From: an uncultured Candidatus Saccharibacteria bacterium
Lineage (GTDB): Bacteria > Patescibacteriota > Doudnabacteria > UBA920
Direction of reading: 5' to 3'
Length of the DNA stretch: 64,000 bases
Assembly: GCA_964532425.1 (NCBI GenBank)
Contig: CAZHIA010000002.1
Location: 169,798 to 233,797 of the forward strand
A program made the position numbers and the translations under genes. Below, one piece after another: positions 30,301 through 39,448 of this stretch (positions within the stretch are counted from its first letter, which is position 1; each line of letters begins with the position of its first letter). The notes beneath the pieces are model-generated. The model saw only the letters and a program-made list of their open reading frames with translations. It had not been told where the DNA came from and did no database searches.

Positions 30301-31315
30301 AAACATCCTGTAAGCCTCCGGGCAAGTCCGCAGTATATACTAGTGGCGAGTAGTTAGAAACAAAAGCATTTTCGTTAGACGTTTTCCATGAGCTGCCGTT
30401 GCTGGAGCCATAAATATTCAATCGTTTTGCGACCCCACCGAAGCTGACGTATGGTTGGAAAATAATGTAATAATATTTTTCCGGATTTAATGTTAGGCCG
30501 CTATAGGTAAGATTTGCGGGAGCAGGGGAGAGCCCTGTTGTGGCAAGACTGATCGGAACGGAAATATCGGTCGGATCAGTCGTGGCAGTGGCATTGTGCG
30601 GACATTGCATCTCTGAACCGCCCCAGACCGCTGTTCCGGTTCCCGGCCCGTTCTCTGGACTATAAGGCGTATCGCTTTGATATATAGTCAGGTAAAACGA
30701 ACCTCCGTCTGGGCAGGAAATTTTTAAATCCAGCCCATTGATGGTACCGCTTAAGCCATTTCCCAAGGATTGGTATAGTCTCTGTATCCAACCAACCGAG
30801 TACTCCGTATTAAAGTCGTTTTGGTTATAAAGGGTTGTCTCGGTTTGCGGAGCAGGAATGGGCACAATGGTAAAATCCGCATTTCCGGTTGAGCCGTACC
30901 CCTGCCAGGCCGATGTATTTCCCTGTTCATCCACGGCACGGGCTTGCCAGTGGTATTGGCCGGGGGCAAGATCGGTCATGGGAATTTGCGCTGTGGACCC
31001 GGAAGCCAGCAGGCTGCTGCTTGCCGTGGGCTGGCCAGTAAATTGTCCCTGGTTTTCGTCCAGGCGCCGCAGTTCGATCTCCATTCGGATTTGGCCGCCG
31101 GAAGAATCGGCTATGAGCCCTATAAATATTAATGAAGTGAGTTGGGTTGCGGTGCCGTCTTCCAGTACATTCCAGTTCGGCCGAAATTGACCGAGGTTGG
31201 CAACGGTCGGGGTTGCCCCAGTGTCTGCGGTTGCTTGCCAAGGAAAGATGAGCAGCCAGCATGGCAGCAGAACCAGGCCGATTGCCAAAACAAGATTAAA
31301 ATATGTTTTTTTCAT
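27350..31315 (-). CDS. Large secreted multidomain protein with lipase-like alpha/beta hydrolase and Ig/FN3-like domains
   Basis: Signal peptide MKKTYF; two GQYHWQARA repeats; ITHGW, GHSAG, FLDAYDP, SHNW; GKNGWYTSDV..YYSTDNVGNVE domain. Confidence 0.82.
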   Translation of the reverse strand: MKKTYFNLVLAIGLVLLPCWLLIFPWQATADTGATPTVANLGQFRPNWNVLEDGTATQLTSLIFIGLIADSSGGQIRMEIELRRLDENQGQFTGQPTASSSLLASGSTAQIPMTDLAPGQYHWQARAVDEQGNTSAWQGYGSTGNADFTIVPIPAPQTETTLYNQNDFNTEYSVGWIQRLYQSLGNGLSGTINGLDLKISCPDGGSFYLTIYQSDTPYSPENGPGTGTAVWGGSEMQCPHNATATTDPTDISVPISLATTGLSPAPANLTYSGLTLNPEKYYYIIFQPYVSFGGVAKRLNIYGSSNGSSWKTSNENAFVSNYSPLVYTADLPGGLQDVYFQLTYAPQLPPFSDVAFDYDQNDNLKISFDWQGPETRIVLLMGFNGQVSESPYVNDSQLHFAPDQSKDVAVLVEDDANGITDYLLTGQHYDFIIKHIWQWDNYHSWQGQETNNGCSIVNNKMVCNPLTRSQIEDTLGRAIKPDDYITLAYSQVSNDFYRFTDTNKYYFGHQAPTPSLPTLTALGQILPDGTTAMSEGATTTESTVTFQGLPTSLAERRASLQIELRRTNENGGRFYNEPMATSTLASSGSIASTTVFGLIPGQYHWQARAIDDTGATSTWQEFGVASNTDFTIIAKTIANTPSAQPSLNNTLDCSSAYYTAASNLVIITHGWRDDANGWVRNMADSIAAQVPPADKTNWNICVFDWHEDASLANVNAPWDAYNNAGIHGRELGDVLALGDWFEHDLNAQASGTDIRAALSTVTWGKIHLIGHSAGANLIQNTAAKIRKLNMPSQPIIHLTFLDAYDPFGDSSLYGFDPNPTHGSSGDKSSWWAEQYLDAKGELVPLYHDTNIALHNAYNFDVTPTNPYIALDLNKSHNWPYEWYQDSISSSSNAYAYGFLFALEHGSSTLPIQFNPGNYCALTTNTISCPIAPKEFTVLDTLYYAVLDKILNLPITLSASGIVNYYLGPRGTVFSEETGSPVWFEIMDTTDQPSNILKFDFQFLSMIGAQGVLTVFVDDNPVYKIDERRTPAGLNTAGEIPIGELQPGPHKIGFRLDPFSDVHSIVQISDVQLGYLEVKHIIDETSPSTTAVVSGTPGKNGWYTSDVQISLNAADTESGVAATYIALDGAATTTATSTLITAEGIHTLTYYSTDNVGNVETPATITIKIDKTAPEAAIRFNPEKKDLLFEGKDNVSPTVEVQDNDDQIILTDEAGNTTVIRLKEKDRRRTEQAEIKSISYDGIPADISKNKFKFTWRLDKQQDLKSLTQEIKSKKDFSVLARYDGKKTTIIGNGPAGKTSASQDGLVLLKVTTNTGDLGWSY

Positions 31316-31430
31316 GTAATTGTTCTTATTTGCCTCAATTATACACCTTTTTGACTTTTGGCAAGCGACTTCGGTAGATATCGCGTATACTATTGGCAAG
31401 GGAGTATTTATTATCACATTGAATAAAATT

Positions 31431-31835
31431 ATGGACCAAATTAGCGATACCTTAAAATTTTTATTCCTGGCTTTCAGGGCTGAAGCGATAGCCGGGCGTA
31501 AAATGGGCGGGGCAGGTTTGAATTTTCCGGACCTGGTGGCGCTTTACGCTATCAGCCAGGCGCCAGAGGGGAGAATCAGCGGGGTCGACTTGGTTGAGCG
31601 GATCGGACTTACAGATTCGTACTTGTCCCGGCTGCTGGGTCCTTTGGAAAAAATGAATGTGATTAAAAAAGAGCCTCACGGAAAAAGTTTTGATGTGGTA
31701 ATAACTCCGACAGGAAAGGTGTTGTTTGAAAGCACTCTCAAGTTTGCCGAACTGCGCTGCGCGGATCTGATACCCGAGAACCAAAAAGGGGAGTTGGGAC
31801 GGATTATACTATTTTTAGAGAGCATGCGTCCGTAG
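31431..31835 (+). CDS. MarR family transcriptional regulator
   Basis: wHTH pattern DLVERIGLTDSYLSRLLGPLEKMNVI. Confidence 0.78.
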   Translation: MDQISDTLKFLFLAFRAEAIAGRKMGGAGLNFPDLVALYAISQAPEGRISGVDLVERIGLTDSYLSRLLGPLEKMNVIKKEPHGKSFDVVITPTGKVLFESTLKFAELRCADLIPENQKGELGRIILFLESMRP

Positions 31836-31963
31836 CAGTTGATGGACGTTTTTTGTGAGCACATCGCCGCTCAGGCTCGCCTGAACGGTATTTATTAACT
31901 CTTGACACAAGTGAGTAAAAATGATAATTTATCAAGTCATTCATGGACAAGATTGGAGGATGC

Positions 31964-32794
31964 ATGACAAGGGAAAACGAATTGTTAGCGCGTTGTGCCG
32001 GGAGTGGCGTGGCTCAGAGGAAGACGAACCTGGCGGAATTTCAAAGCCTGCCGGAACTTCCTGTGGGGCTGTATGAAATTTCGTGGGATTGGGATGCAAC
32101 TAAAGAAGAGGCTGAGCGCGGTTGGGGTAGGTCGTCCAGCGGCTCCGTGGTGAATGTGGTCGTCGGTGGCTGGACCATGCGCGATGCGGTGTATTTTGCC
32201 CTGGGGCATACGGTTGGCTCGTTTCGGGACAACCGTCTTACCGTAGAGCATCCGTACAATATGGACAACATGGTCAAGTACACGCCACTGGTCCGGAACT
32301 TTGCTCCGCCGGGAATCCAGAGAAACAAGGTGGAAGTGGTATTTATTGGCCAGGATTATCGTTCAGCACAACTCCAAAAAGCGCTTACCCAAACTGTCCG
32401 GCCTGGTCAGTACACCATACGAGGGACGTATGGAGCACTGTTCCATCCCGAAGGCGCGCATGATGCGCGGTTCGGCATGGGGAATTACCGGGAGCTGCAC
32501 GATCCTCGCGGGACCGATCCGCAACTGTATGATCGGGAGATTGCGGTCAGGATCTGTGTGGAAGTGCAGGGGATGACCCTGCGCGACCTGTGCTTTCTGG
32601 CAGCGGGTATGAGCGACTTCAGCGGCCTCGGCGAAGCCATGCCCATCGGCCCGATTGCCGTTTCGGAAGTCGAATATGTTCCCATATCGTTCTCCCAAGA
32701 CAAGCTTTGCCGGTCGGAGTCTGTTTCCCGCCCTGCTACCAAGCCGGCCCGGGAACTACCAGACAGCACGAGACGCCTGCAGTTACCGTGGTGA
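31964..32794 (+). CDS. Hypothetical protein
   Basis: Long ORF with GGAGG SD, upstream TTGACA, terminator downstream. Confidence 0.7.
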   Translation: MTRENELLARCAGSGVAQRKTNLAEFQSLPELPVGLYEISWDWDATKEEAERGWGRSSSGSVVNVVVGGWTMRDAVYFALGHTVGSFRDNRLTVEHPYNMDNMVKYTPLVRNFAPPGIQRNKVEVVFIGQDYRSAQLQKALTQTVRPGQYTIRGTYGALFHPEGAHDARFGMGNYRELHDPRGTDPQLYDREIAVRICVEVQGMTLRDLCFLAAGMSDFSGLGEAMPIGPIAVSEVEYVPISFSQDKLCRSESVSRPATKPARELPDSTRRLQLPW

Positions 32795-32804
32795 CGGCAG
32801 CATA

Positions 32805-32845
32805 AAAAATAACCCGCGATTCTGTTGAATCGCGGGTTTCTTGTT
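32805..32845. repeat. 41-bp terminator, copy 1 (identical to 37659-37699)
   Basis: AAAAATAACCCGCGATTCTGTTGAATCGCGGGTTTCTTGTT. Confidence 0.9.
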
Positions 32846-32862
32846 TTCCGAGCCAGTCTTAC

Positions 32863-34083
32863 TTACAGCCGGCTGAGGATTCTGCCGAAGAGCGAGGTGG
32901 CTTCGCGGTCGCTCGCGGCATATACCATAGCTTCCGCTTCTCCATCGGTGATGTGCTCGCCGGAACCGATCTTAGCAAACCCATTGATCAGGTTAAATAC
33001 GTTGGGCTTGTTTTCGATCTGGGCCTGCGGGTGGCAGAAGCGGGCCGTGGCCTTAATCATACCCGGGCCAGACTTATCCGCGTACCGGATCATGCGGTCC
33101 CAGGCGTCCAGGTTCAGCGTGGTGAAGTGCTCTACGAACAGACGCATGCGTTCCAGTTGGATGTCATAGAACGCCGGTCGCCCATCCTGGTAGTAATAAC
33201 CGCAATCGCTGACCATGCCGGCCGCATGGAGAATGCGTTCGTGCAGGGTCGGCGAAGGTTTGAGGGGTGCCCAGCGCCAGGCTTCATAAATCATGTAGCT
33301 CTCGGGGACGGGGATGCTGTCCCACTCGCTGTATTCCTTCCCCTTATAGAGCTTCACGATTTTATGGTTCCAGTGGTGTCCGGTTACCTCCATCATACTG
33401 ATGACCGCATCCGGCTCGATATAGATGGAATACGGATTGTACCGGATGGCAAAGAATTCCCGGCCGTTACGCTGAATGCGCGTGTATTTGTCCTGATTGC
33501 GATCCAACACCTTGAGGGCGTTTTCGGCACTCCAGTCGTTGAGGTTGTTGCCGTCCTCGGGGGTGGGGTAGAGGAGCAGACTCCCCAGCTCATCGTCGTA
33601 GTCGAAGACCTTCATCCGCAAGCTGGGTGAGAAAACTTCCCGATCGCCCATGAAATCGAACCGGACTACGGTGCCGTCCTGGTATTCGATGTACGTGTAC
33701 TCGCCGCAAACCTCGCACTTGTGCTTGTGCGACTGTATGCCGCGGTTGGAGATGTAGGAGCCGCAGCTGTTGCATTTGCCTTTGCGCTCGCAGACATCGT
33801 CCCTGAGGTGTGCGTAATGCGAGCCGGGAGACGGGTGGTGTTCGTCCTTTCCGCAGTCCTTTATCTGGTAACCGTCGGCACGTAGCTGGGCAAACAGGAC
33901 CGGCAGCGCGGTTTTGGTTTTGACATACAAACCGCAGCCGCGGATATCGACCACTTGCTTGGTAATAATGCGCTGACGCTCGGTTTCGCTGAGGTTCTCT
34001 GGGGTGACTAACGTTACAACCGCTCCGGCTTGCTCGCAACGCGCCCAAAAACGCGGGTCGTTGAGTTTACTCGGATTTGGCAT
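32863..34083 (-). CDS. Hypothetical protein with zinc-finger motifs
   Basis: CNSC..CEVC; AGGAGG SD; own TTGACG promoter. Confidence 0.75.
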   Translation of the reverse strand: MPNPSKLNDPRFWARCEQAGAVVTLVTPENLSETERQRIITKQVVDIRGCGLYVKTKTALPVLFAQLRADGYQIKDCGKDEHHPSPGSHYAHLRDDVCERKGKCNSCGSYISNRGIQSHKHKCEVCGEYTYIEYQDGTVVRFDFMGDREVFSPSLRMKVFDYDDELGSLLLYPTPEDGNNLNDWSAENALKVLDRNQDKYTRIQRNGREFFAIRYNPYSIYIEPDAVISMMEVTGHHWNHKIVKLYKGKEYSEWDSIPVPESYMIYEAWRWAPLKPSPTLHERILHAAGMVSDCGYYYQDGRPAFYDIQLERMRLFVEHFTTLNLDAWDRMIRYADKSGPGMIKATARFCHPQAQIENKPNVFNLINGFAKIGSGEHITDGEAEAMVYAASDREATSLFGRILSRL

Positions 34084-34183
34084 GTGTCCTCCTGTTATTA
34101 TAGGGTTTACCGGTTCTAGAAATACCTATAACGTGTAACTATATAACGAATATACGCTTTCGTCAAGAGTGAACCTACTTTAA

Positions 34184-34218
34184 ACCACTCCCTCCATGGT
34201 CCCCATGGAGGGAGTGGT
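34184..34218. terminator. 16-bp perfect hairpin downstream of ligase copy 1
   Basis: ACCACTCCCTCCATGG/CCATGGAGGGAGTGGT. Confidence 0.7.
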
Positions 34219-34224
34219 AACGCC

Positions 34225-34848
34225 TTATGTTCGTCGGTCTTTGAACCAGCGCCAGCGGCTTGATGCGTGCGTGTATTTTTGGTTGAGTAACTTTACCCAG
34301 ATGCCGGGCAGTTGCGGATCGTAGGTCGAGGTCTTCTGCTTAGCGATCAATCCCTCCCACTTTCTTTTTTGCATCAGCTGGATCAGTTTGGAAGCCTCAG
34401 TAGCTTCGAAGGACGTAACGGGAACAATGTGTCCGCGCGGGCGGGGGAGCAGGCGGCGCAGATACGCTTGTCGTTCCTGAAGCGGTAAAATGCGCAGGTC
34501 GAATCCTTCCAGATACAGAAGGTCAAACACGGCCAGCCTGACTGGCAGCTGGCGCCGCATGAGCGCGGTAAAGTCCGGATCGCCCTGGTCATCCAGGCAC
34601 ACCAGCTCGCCGTCTAATATAGCGCTCGAAAGGCCCCAACCTGCCAGCTCTTCGGCAATTTCATTGAATCCGTTATGGAACAGACCTTTCTTGGTTTGCA
34701 AGGTGACTCTCTTGCCTTCAATGCGGGGGATGCAGCGGAACCCGTCATACTTTTGTTCAAAAATATATCCTGCAGGGTCAGCGAGCACAGCCTCGATATC
34801 GCGGTGAATTTTGCTGGGCAATACTGGCTCTATGGCCGGTAGCATCAT
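34225..34848 (-). CDS. Minimal ATP-dependent DNA ligase (adenylation domain only), copy 1
   Basis: EQKYDGFR, ILDGELV, AVFDLLYL, WEGLIAK, WVK; no OB domain. Confidence 0.85.
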   Translation of the reverse strand: MMLPAIEPVLPSKIHRDIEAVLADPAGYIFEQKYDGFRCIPRIEGKRVTLQTKKGLFHNGFNEIAEELAGWGLSSAILDGELVCLDDQGDPDFTALMRRQLPVRLAVFDLLYLEGFDLRILPLQERQAYLRRLLPRPRGHIVPVTSFEATEASKLIQLMQKRKWEGLIAKQKTSTYDPQLPGIWVKLLNQKYTHASSRWRWFKDRRT

Positions 34849-35005
34849 TCCTCCTCTATAACGAATATCGTATATAACTGCAGGCGCGATGTAAAATTAA
34901 CTATAAGATATGAGTGCTTCAACGTTTACAGGGTGGTTCGTACGGGATTGACGGTCAGGCAGAAGTGTGCTTAAATTGAGTGTTACGTTTCAAAGGAGGT
35001 AACAC

Positions 35006-36013
35006 ATGAGTGTCAAACCCTACGATACCATATGGGGTATTGGCAAGGCGCTTGTAAGCCTGGAAGCCTTAAATAAGCTTTTCGGCGACAGGCACCGTGC
35101 CGGCTATGATCGCGGAGAACGGATGGAGGAATACTGCGTTCTCGGCCGCTGGTGGCTGGATAGCTGCGGAAATTGCGCACGCATTATGCCGCCGAATATT
35201 CCCAAAGAGCAGTTTCCGGATTTTCCTGACGTGCTCACAAGGGACGAGTTCTGGGCGTATATTAAAACAAACGCCCAGCCGAACTACCGGTTGAGTTGGA
35301 GCCTTGGTGATGCCCTGCCGCCGGCCACTGTTCGCTGCGCTGACTGCGGCAAGTATTGGAATCTCGACAACTGCCACGATGTGGTAGAGCGCGAATTCAC
35401 CGAGACTCTCCCGTTAACCGATTTTATCGGCAAGACCCTGGAGGAGGCGCAGGCCTTTTGGCGCTCCCGGGAAGACGGCATATATCGGTTCAACGGTTGG
35501 AGCATTCGCAACGACCGCTATATCGATTTGACCCCGAATCCCGAGTACGAAACCCTGAAGGTCAACGAACACGGTTGGGCTGATGAGAAGACCGGCATTG
35601 ACGGCAGTTATGTCATTGTTCCGGGCGACGAAACGCTTTTGCTGGGCTGGCGCCTGTATCATGGGGAGTGCAATCGCAGGCACATTGAGCGCGCAATGCG
35701 GGAACGTTTTGCCCAGCTGTTCAAGCAGGCGGGTTTCCACAGTGTTGAGCTGACGGCCGTTCCAAACCAATACTGCTCCTGCCCGATGTGCGGGCCGTGG
35801 TTCGAGGCAAGAACCGTATTCGGTCTCGTGACCATTGGATGGCGCAAGCGCGTCATTTATCTGGACTGGAACAAGACGGGAATCCAGGTCAATAACGTAC
35901 CGGAGGACTCGAATATTACGCACGGCAGCGGCTGGACCCACGCCTGGGGGTATGAAAAGGCTGCCGAATATCTGCGTACCATTCGCCAAGCCGCGCAGCC
36001 GGTGGTAGCATAG
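35006..36013 (+). CDS. Hypothetical, phage-like protein
   Basis: AAGGAGG SD, own promoter and terminator; Cys clusters; GWRKRVI..HAWG motif recalled from large-phage proteins (unverified). Confidence 0.7.
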   Translation: MSVKPYDTIWGIGKALVSLEALNKLFGDRHRAGYDRGERMEEYCVLGRWWLDSCGNCARIMPPNIPKEQFPDFPDVLTRDEFWAYIKTNAQPNYRLSWSLGDALPPATVRCADCGKYWNLDNCHDVVEREFTETLPLTDFIGKTLEEAQAFWRSREDGIYRFNGWSIRNDRYIDLTPNPEYETLKVNEHGWADEKTGIDGSYVIVPGDETLLLGWRLYHGECNRRHIERAMRERFAQLFKQAGFHSVELTAVPNQYCSCPMCGPWFEARTVFGLVTIGWRKRVIYLDWNKTGIQVNNVPEDSNITHGSGWTHAWGYEKAAEYLRTIRQAAQPVVA

Positions 36014-36134
36014 GTGCTGGAAGCACGCACAAACACGCACGCCTCGGATTTCGATCCGGGCGTGCGTTTTCATTTATGTAAAAATCCCCCGATGGTTCCC
36101 ATCGGGGGATTGAGCAAAGAGGCGACTCTCAAAT

Positions 36135-36425
36135 TTATTCGAATAACGATAAGCTGCTTGCGTCCATTTGCTGGTTTTTAACCAGGTTGCCGCACAGGGG
36201 TTGAAATTTGGAAAAATTTTGATCAGTGATGCCGGTGGGCCGCAGGCCGGTTTCCAACCAGTACAGCAGGTTCGATATGTCATGCTGAAATTCTGTCCGT
36301 TGGGCCGTAGTAAGCTGAGTGGTATGCTTGTCGAGCAGCTTATGCTTTTTGTACGCCATGTTCAAAATGTCCTGCTTGTCCAGGTATTTGATGCTGCTCA
36401 AAAAATCATCAAAGTCGTTAGCCAT
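36135..36425 (-). CDS. Hypothetical protein
   Basis: ORF from MANDFDD with protein-like composition. Confidence 0.55.
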   Translation of the reverse strand: MANDFDDFLSSIKYLDKQDILNMAYKKHKLLDKHTTQLTTAQRTEFQHDISNLLYWLETGLRPTGITDQNFSKFQPLCGNLVKNQQMDASSLSLFE

Positions 36426-36636
36426 ATAAGGTATCATACTGGATAGTCGAGGCTGCTGTCCAGCCAATATACAAAACTTTGTGTTCGTGCTACGCTTGTG
36501 GTACAAACGCTATGAAAGAAACCTCGTCGAATTCTGCCAACATAGCAGTTTGTAACTTTATCATATAATATTGCATCAATGCGAATTGATGCTTATTATA
36601 GCGAAAAGTGCATTTATCATCTAAAATTGTAATTTC

Positions 36637-36834
36637 ATGAATGGTGTAGTAAAAAAGAAAACCGACAAGGGTTTTGGCTTCATCAGCGTTGAAGGCCAGG
36701 ACAAGGATTTGTTCTTTCACAGCAAGTCCTTGGTCGATGTAACCTTTGACGAAATTCGCGAAGGCGATGAAGTTTCCTTTGACGTGGAAGATTCTCCGAA
36801 AGGCAAGAACGCCGTCAACGTGAGAAAAGCTTAA
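36637..36834 (+). CDS. cspA: Cold-shock protein
   Basis: KGFGFI, DLFFH, VSFDVEDSPKGKNAVNV. Confidence 0.93.
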   Translation: MNGVVKKKTDKGFGFISVEGQDKDLFFHSKSLVDVTFDEIREGDEVSFDVEDSPKGKNAVNVRKA

Positions 36835-36902
36835 AGCTCCTAAAAACCTCTCCGTATCCGCCAGTTGGCGAACGGAGAGGTTTTTGTTATGCGGGCGGAG
36901 CT

Positions 36903-37424
36903 TTATAATGTTTGCTGCAAACCGATTTTGTCCGTTTTACCCTTATCGTAATTAAGGAATACGATCGGGAATAATTCTTTGTTGGTGTCTAAGGGGTATA
37001 TGCCTATGCATTTGAACAGGAAAGTTGGAAAATCTTTAGGATTTAGAGTAGCAAGCAGAAGGTTTCCTTTAAATTTCATCATGTATGCAGCAATGCAACA
37101 ATCAACAAGAGATGCTGAATTGTGCTTTCTAGCCGAGTAAGCATTCGCTATCTTTATCGCATCGGTAACAATATTGATATCAGGCATTCCTAAATCTGCA
37201 TAAGCAATGGTGTGTAAAAATTCTTTTCTTTTTTGTTTATGTTCTTTCTCGAATGCCCCGCGAATGAATTCGAATTCAATAAAAGGGAAGTAGACTGGTG
37301 CACAGCAGCTATCCGTTAAGAATTTAAAAAAAGCCTCGAAATAATCAAAATTAGTCGAAGCTTGGATAATTACCCCGGTGTCTAAGAGTACGTGCTTATG
37401 ATTAATTTCTGATGCCAAATCCAT
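36903..37424 (-). CDS. PIN-domain (VapC-like) nuclease
   Basis: LLDTG, FEFIRG, SLVDCCIAA, TLNPKDF. Confidence 0.85.
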   Translation of the reverse strand: MDLASEINHKHVLLDTGVIIQASTNFDYFEAFFKFLTDSCCAPVYFPFIEFEFIRGAFEKEHKQKRKEFLHTIAYADLGMPDINIVTDAIKIANAYSARKHNSASLVDCCIAAYMMKFKGNLLLATLNPKDFPTFLFKCIGIYPLDTNKELFPIVFLNYDKGKTDKIGLQQTL

Positions 37425-37560
37425 AAACACTCAACTCGTTGTTGGTTTGTTGTGGATGCTCTTTGGCTTCCTGTTCCGTATGCTTTTTGATCTCCTCAGC
37501 CAGCCTTTTCAGTTTCTCGAAATTCCAATTATTCTGGTTTTTAGCTTGTATTTCGGGCAT
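37402..37560 (-). CDS. 52-aa putative antitoxin overlapping the PIN gene start (below the ORF-track cutoff)
   Basis: Manual translation MPEIQAKNQNNWNFEKLKRLAEEIKKH...GIRN; overlaps the PIN gene by 23 nt. Confidence 0.55.
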   Translation of the reverse strand: MPEIQAKNQNNWNFEKLKRLAEEIKKHTEQEAKEHPQQTNNELSVYGFGIRN

Positions 37561-37658
37561 ATGATATTTGTTATATTATAGCATAAAAGACAGGAAAATT
37601 GAAAAAATGTTACATAACCAAATAAAAGTGAACAATGTCCTTAAATTCAGGCCAAAAC

Positions 37659-37699
37659 AAAAATAACCCGCGATTCTGTTGAATCGCGGGTTTCTTGTT
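37659..37699. repeat. 41-bp terminator, copy 2
   Basis: Identical to 32805-32845. Confidence 0.9.
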
Positions 37700-37704
37700 G
37701 TTCC

Positions 37705-38325
37705 TTATGTTCGGCGGTCTTGAAACCAGCGCCAGCGGCTTGATGCGTGGGTGTATTTCTCGTTGAGCAATTTTACCCAAATGTCAGGCATGTGCGGATC
37801 GTACGTCGAGTTTTTTTCTTTGGCAATAACTCCTTCCCAATGTCGTTCCCGCTTGAGGCTCATCAGCTTAAGAACTTCCGTGGCCTTAAAGGAACTCACC
37901 GGAAAAATTGACCCGCGCCGCTCGGGGAGCAGCTGGCGTAGGTATGATTGCCGTATCGGCAATGGTAAAATGCGAAGGTCGAGTCCGTGCAGATACAACA
38001 GGTCGAATACAGCCAGGCTTACCGGCAGCTGGCGCTTCATGAGCGCCGTAAAATTCGGATCACCCTTCTCGTCCAGACAAACCAGTTCGCCGTCTAGGAT
38101 GGCACTCTGTAGGTCCCACTCCGCTAACTCTTCAGCGATTTGATTGAATCCGTTGTGGAGTAGGCCTTTTTTGGTTTGCAGGGTGACGCTCTTGCCTTCT
38201 ATGCGGGGAATGCAGCGGAAGCCGTCATATTTTTGTTCGAAGCTGTAATTTATCGGGTTCGCTATTACGTGCTCGATAGCGCGGCGGTGTTTGCTGGGCA
38301 ATACTGGTTCTATGGCCGGTAACAC
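37705..38325 (-). CDS. Minimal ATP-dependent DNA ligase, copy 2
   Basis: Same motifs as copy 1; GTG start after AAGGAGG. Confidence 0.85.
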   Translation of the reverse strand: MLPAIEPVLPSKHRRAIEHVIANPINYSFEQKYDGFRCIPRIEGKSVTLQTKKGLLHNGFNQIAEELAEWDLQSAILDGELVCLDEKGDPNFTALMKRQLPVSLAVFDLLYLHGLDLRILPLPIRQSYLRQLLPERRGSIFPVSSFKATEVLKLMSLKRERHWEGVIAKEKNSTYDPHMPDIWVKLLNEKYTHASSRWRWFQDRRT

Positions 38326-38398
38326 AAATCCTCCTTCTGAAGAGTATTGTATACAACTGCAAATACAGTGTATAATTATGGCATAATTATGCGAATAT

Positions 38399-39331
38399 AT
38401 GCCAGAAATAAACACAGTGGGGGAACCAACCCCGCAACTTCAAACTTTTGAAATAGCGAGAGAAGCTTCCCCGGACAAGCAGTGGGAACTTGCTTCTATG
38501 AAAGCTCGAATAGAACGGGCTTTTGGGGACGAAGAAGTAGCAGGCAAGGTACGGGCTGACTTTGCGTACACGTTTGGCCAACTCGGGTTATCGGCTGCAG
38601 ATGCGGAAGAGCTCTCTACATTCGTTCAGTCAAAACTTTTGGAACCCGCTCCTTTAGATACTATCGAGCGAGACGTCTTGCATCATTTTGAAGGAGTAAA
38701 AGTCAAGACGGAAAATGGCGAATTGAATTTGGTCGAAACGCTGGATGCGATGCTGAAAAGCAGGGCGGAAATTATTTACTCGCAAGTTGCTCCCTATTTG
38801 GCAGGGACAGTTGGCAAGGTGCTGGATTACGGCGCTGGAGACGGGCAGATTGCCCAGCGGCTGCATGATAGGTTAGGATTGGATATTGAAGGGGTGGATA
38901 TTCGGTCTTATGCCGCTGCTGGCGTTACGGTGCCAATCCATACGTTTAACGGGATGAAAGTGCCTGCGCAAGACAAGCAGTACGAAGGCGGCCTCATGAC
39001 CAACGTAGCCCACCACGAACAGAACAACGAACGAATCTTGGAAGAGCTGGACCGGGTCATTAGCCATCGGCTTGTGGTCATCGAAACCGTCCCAGTTGGA
39101 AATACGCCGGTAGAGATTCAAAAGGATGCCGAGCGGACTTTTATGAGTGACTATTTGTATAACCGACTTTTCCATAATGCCGACGTTCCCGTACCCGGCA
39201 CGTTTGATACCTCCGAAAACTGGGAGCAGAGGTTTCAAAAATACGGATGGAAACTGAAGCACTCGGAAAGCTTGGGCCGCGACCAAGCAACCATTAATGA
39301 TGTCCATCACCTGTTAGTTTTTGAAAGGTAA
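38399..39331 (+). CDS. Class I SAM-dependent methyltransferase
   Basis: VLDYGAGDG, GVDI, VAHH, RLVVIE. Confidence 0.85.
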   Translation: MPEINTVGEPTPQLQTFEIAREASPDKQWELASMKARIERAFGDEEVAGKVRADFAYTFGQLGLSAADAEELSTFVQSKLLEPAPLDTIERDVLHHFEGVKVKTENGELNLVETLDAMLKSRAEIIYSQVAPYLAGTVGKVLDYGAGDGQIAQRLHDRLGLDIEGVDIRSYAAAGVTVPIHTFNGMKVPAQDKQYEGGLMTNVAHHEQNNERILEELDRVISHRLVVIETVPVGNTPVEIQKDAERTFMSDYLYNRLFHNADVPVPGTFDTSENWEQRFQKYGWKLKHSESLGRDQATINDVHHLLVFER

Positions 39332-39448
39332 TCCACTGCACTCTCATATTTCTTGTTGAATTTTCCAAAATAGTAAAAACCCCTACCCGATCGGGTGGGG
39401 GTTTTAAAAAAGAAATTTTAATTTCAGGTCAGGGCTTATGTATCTGTA

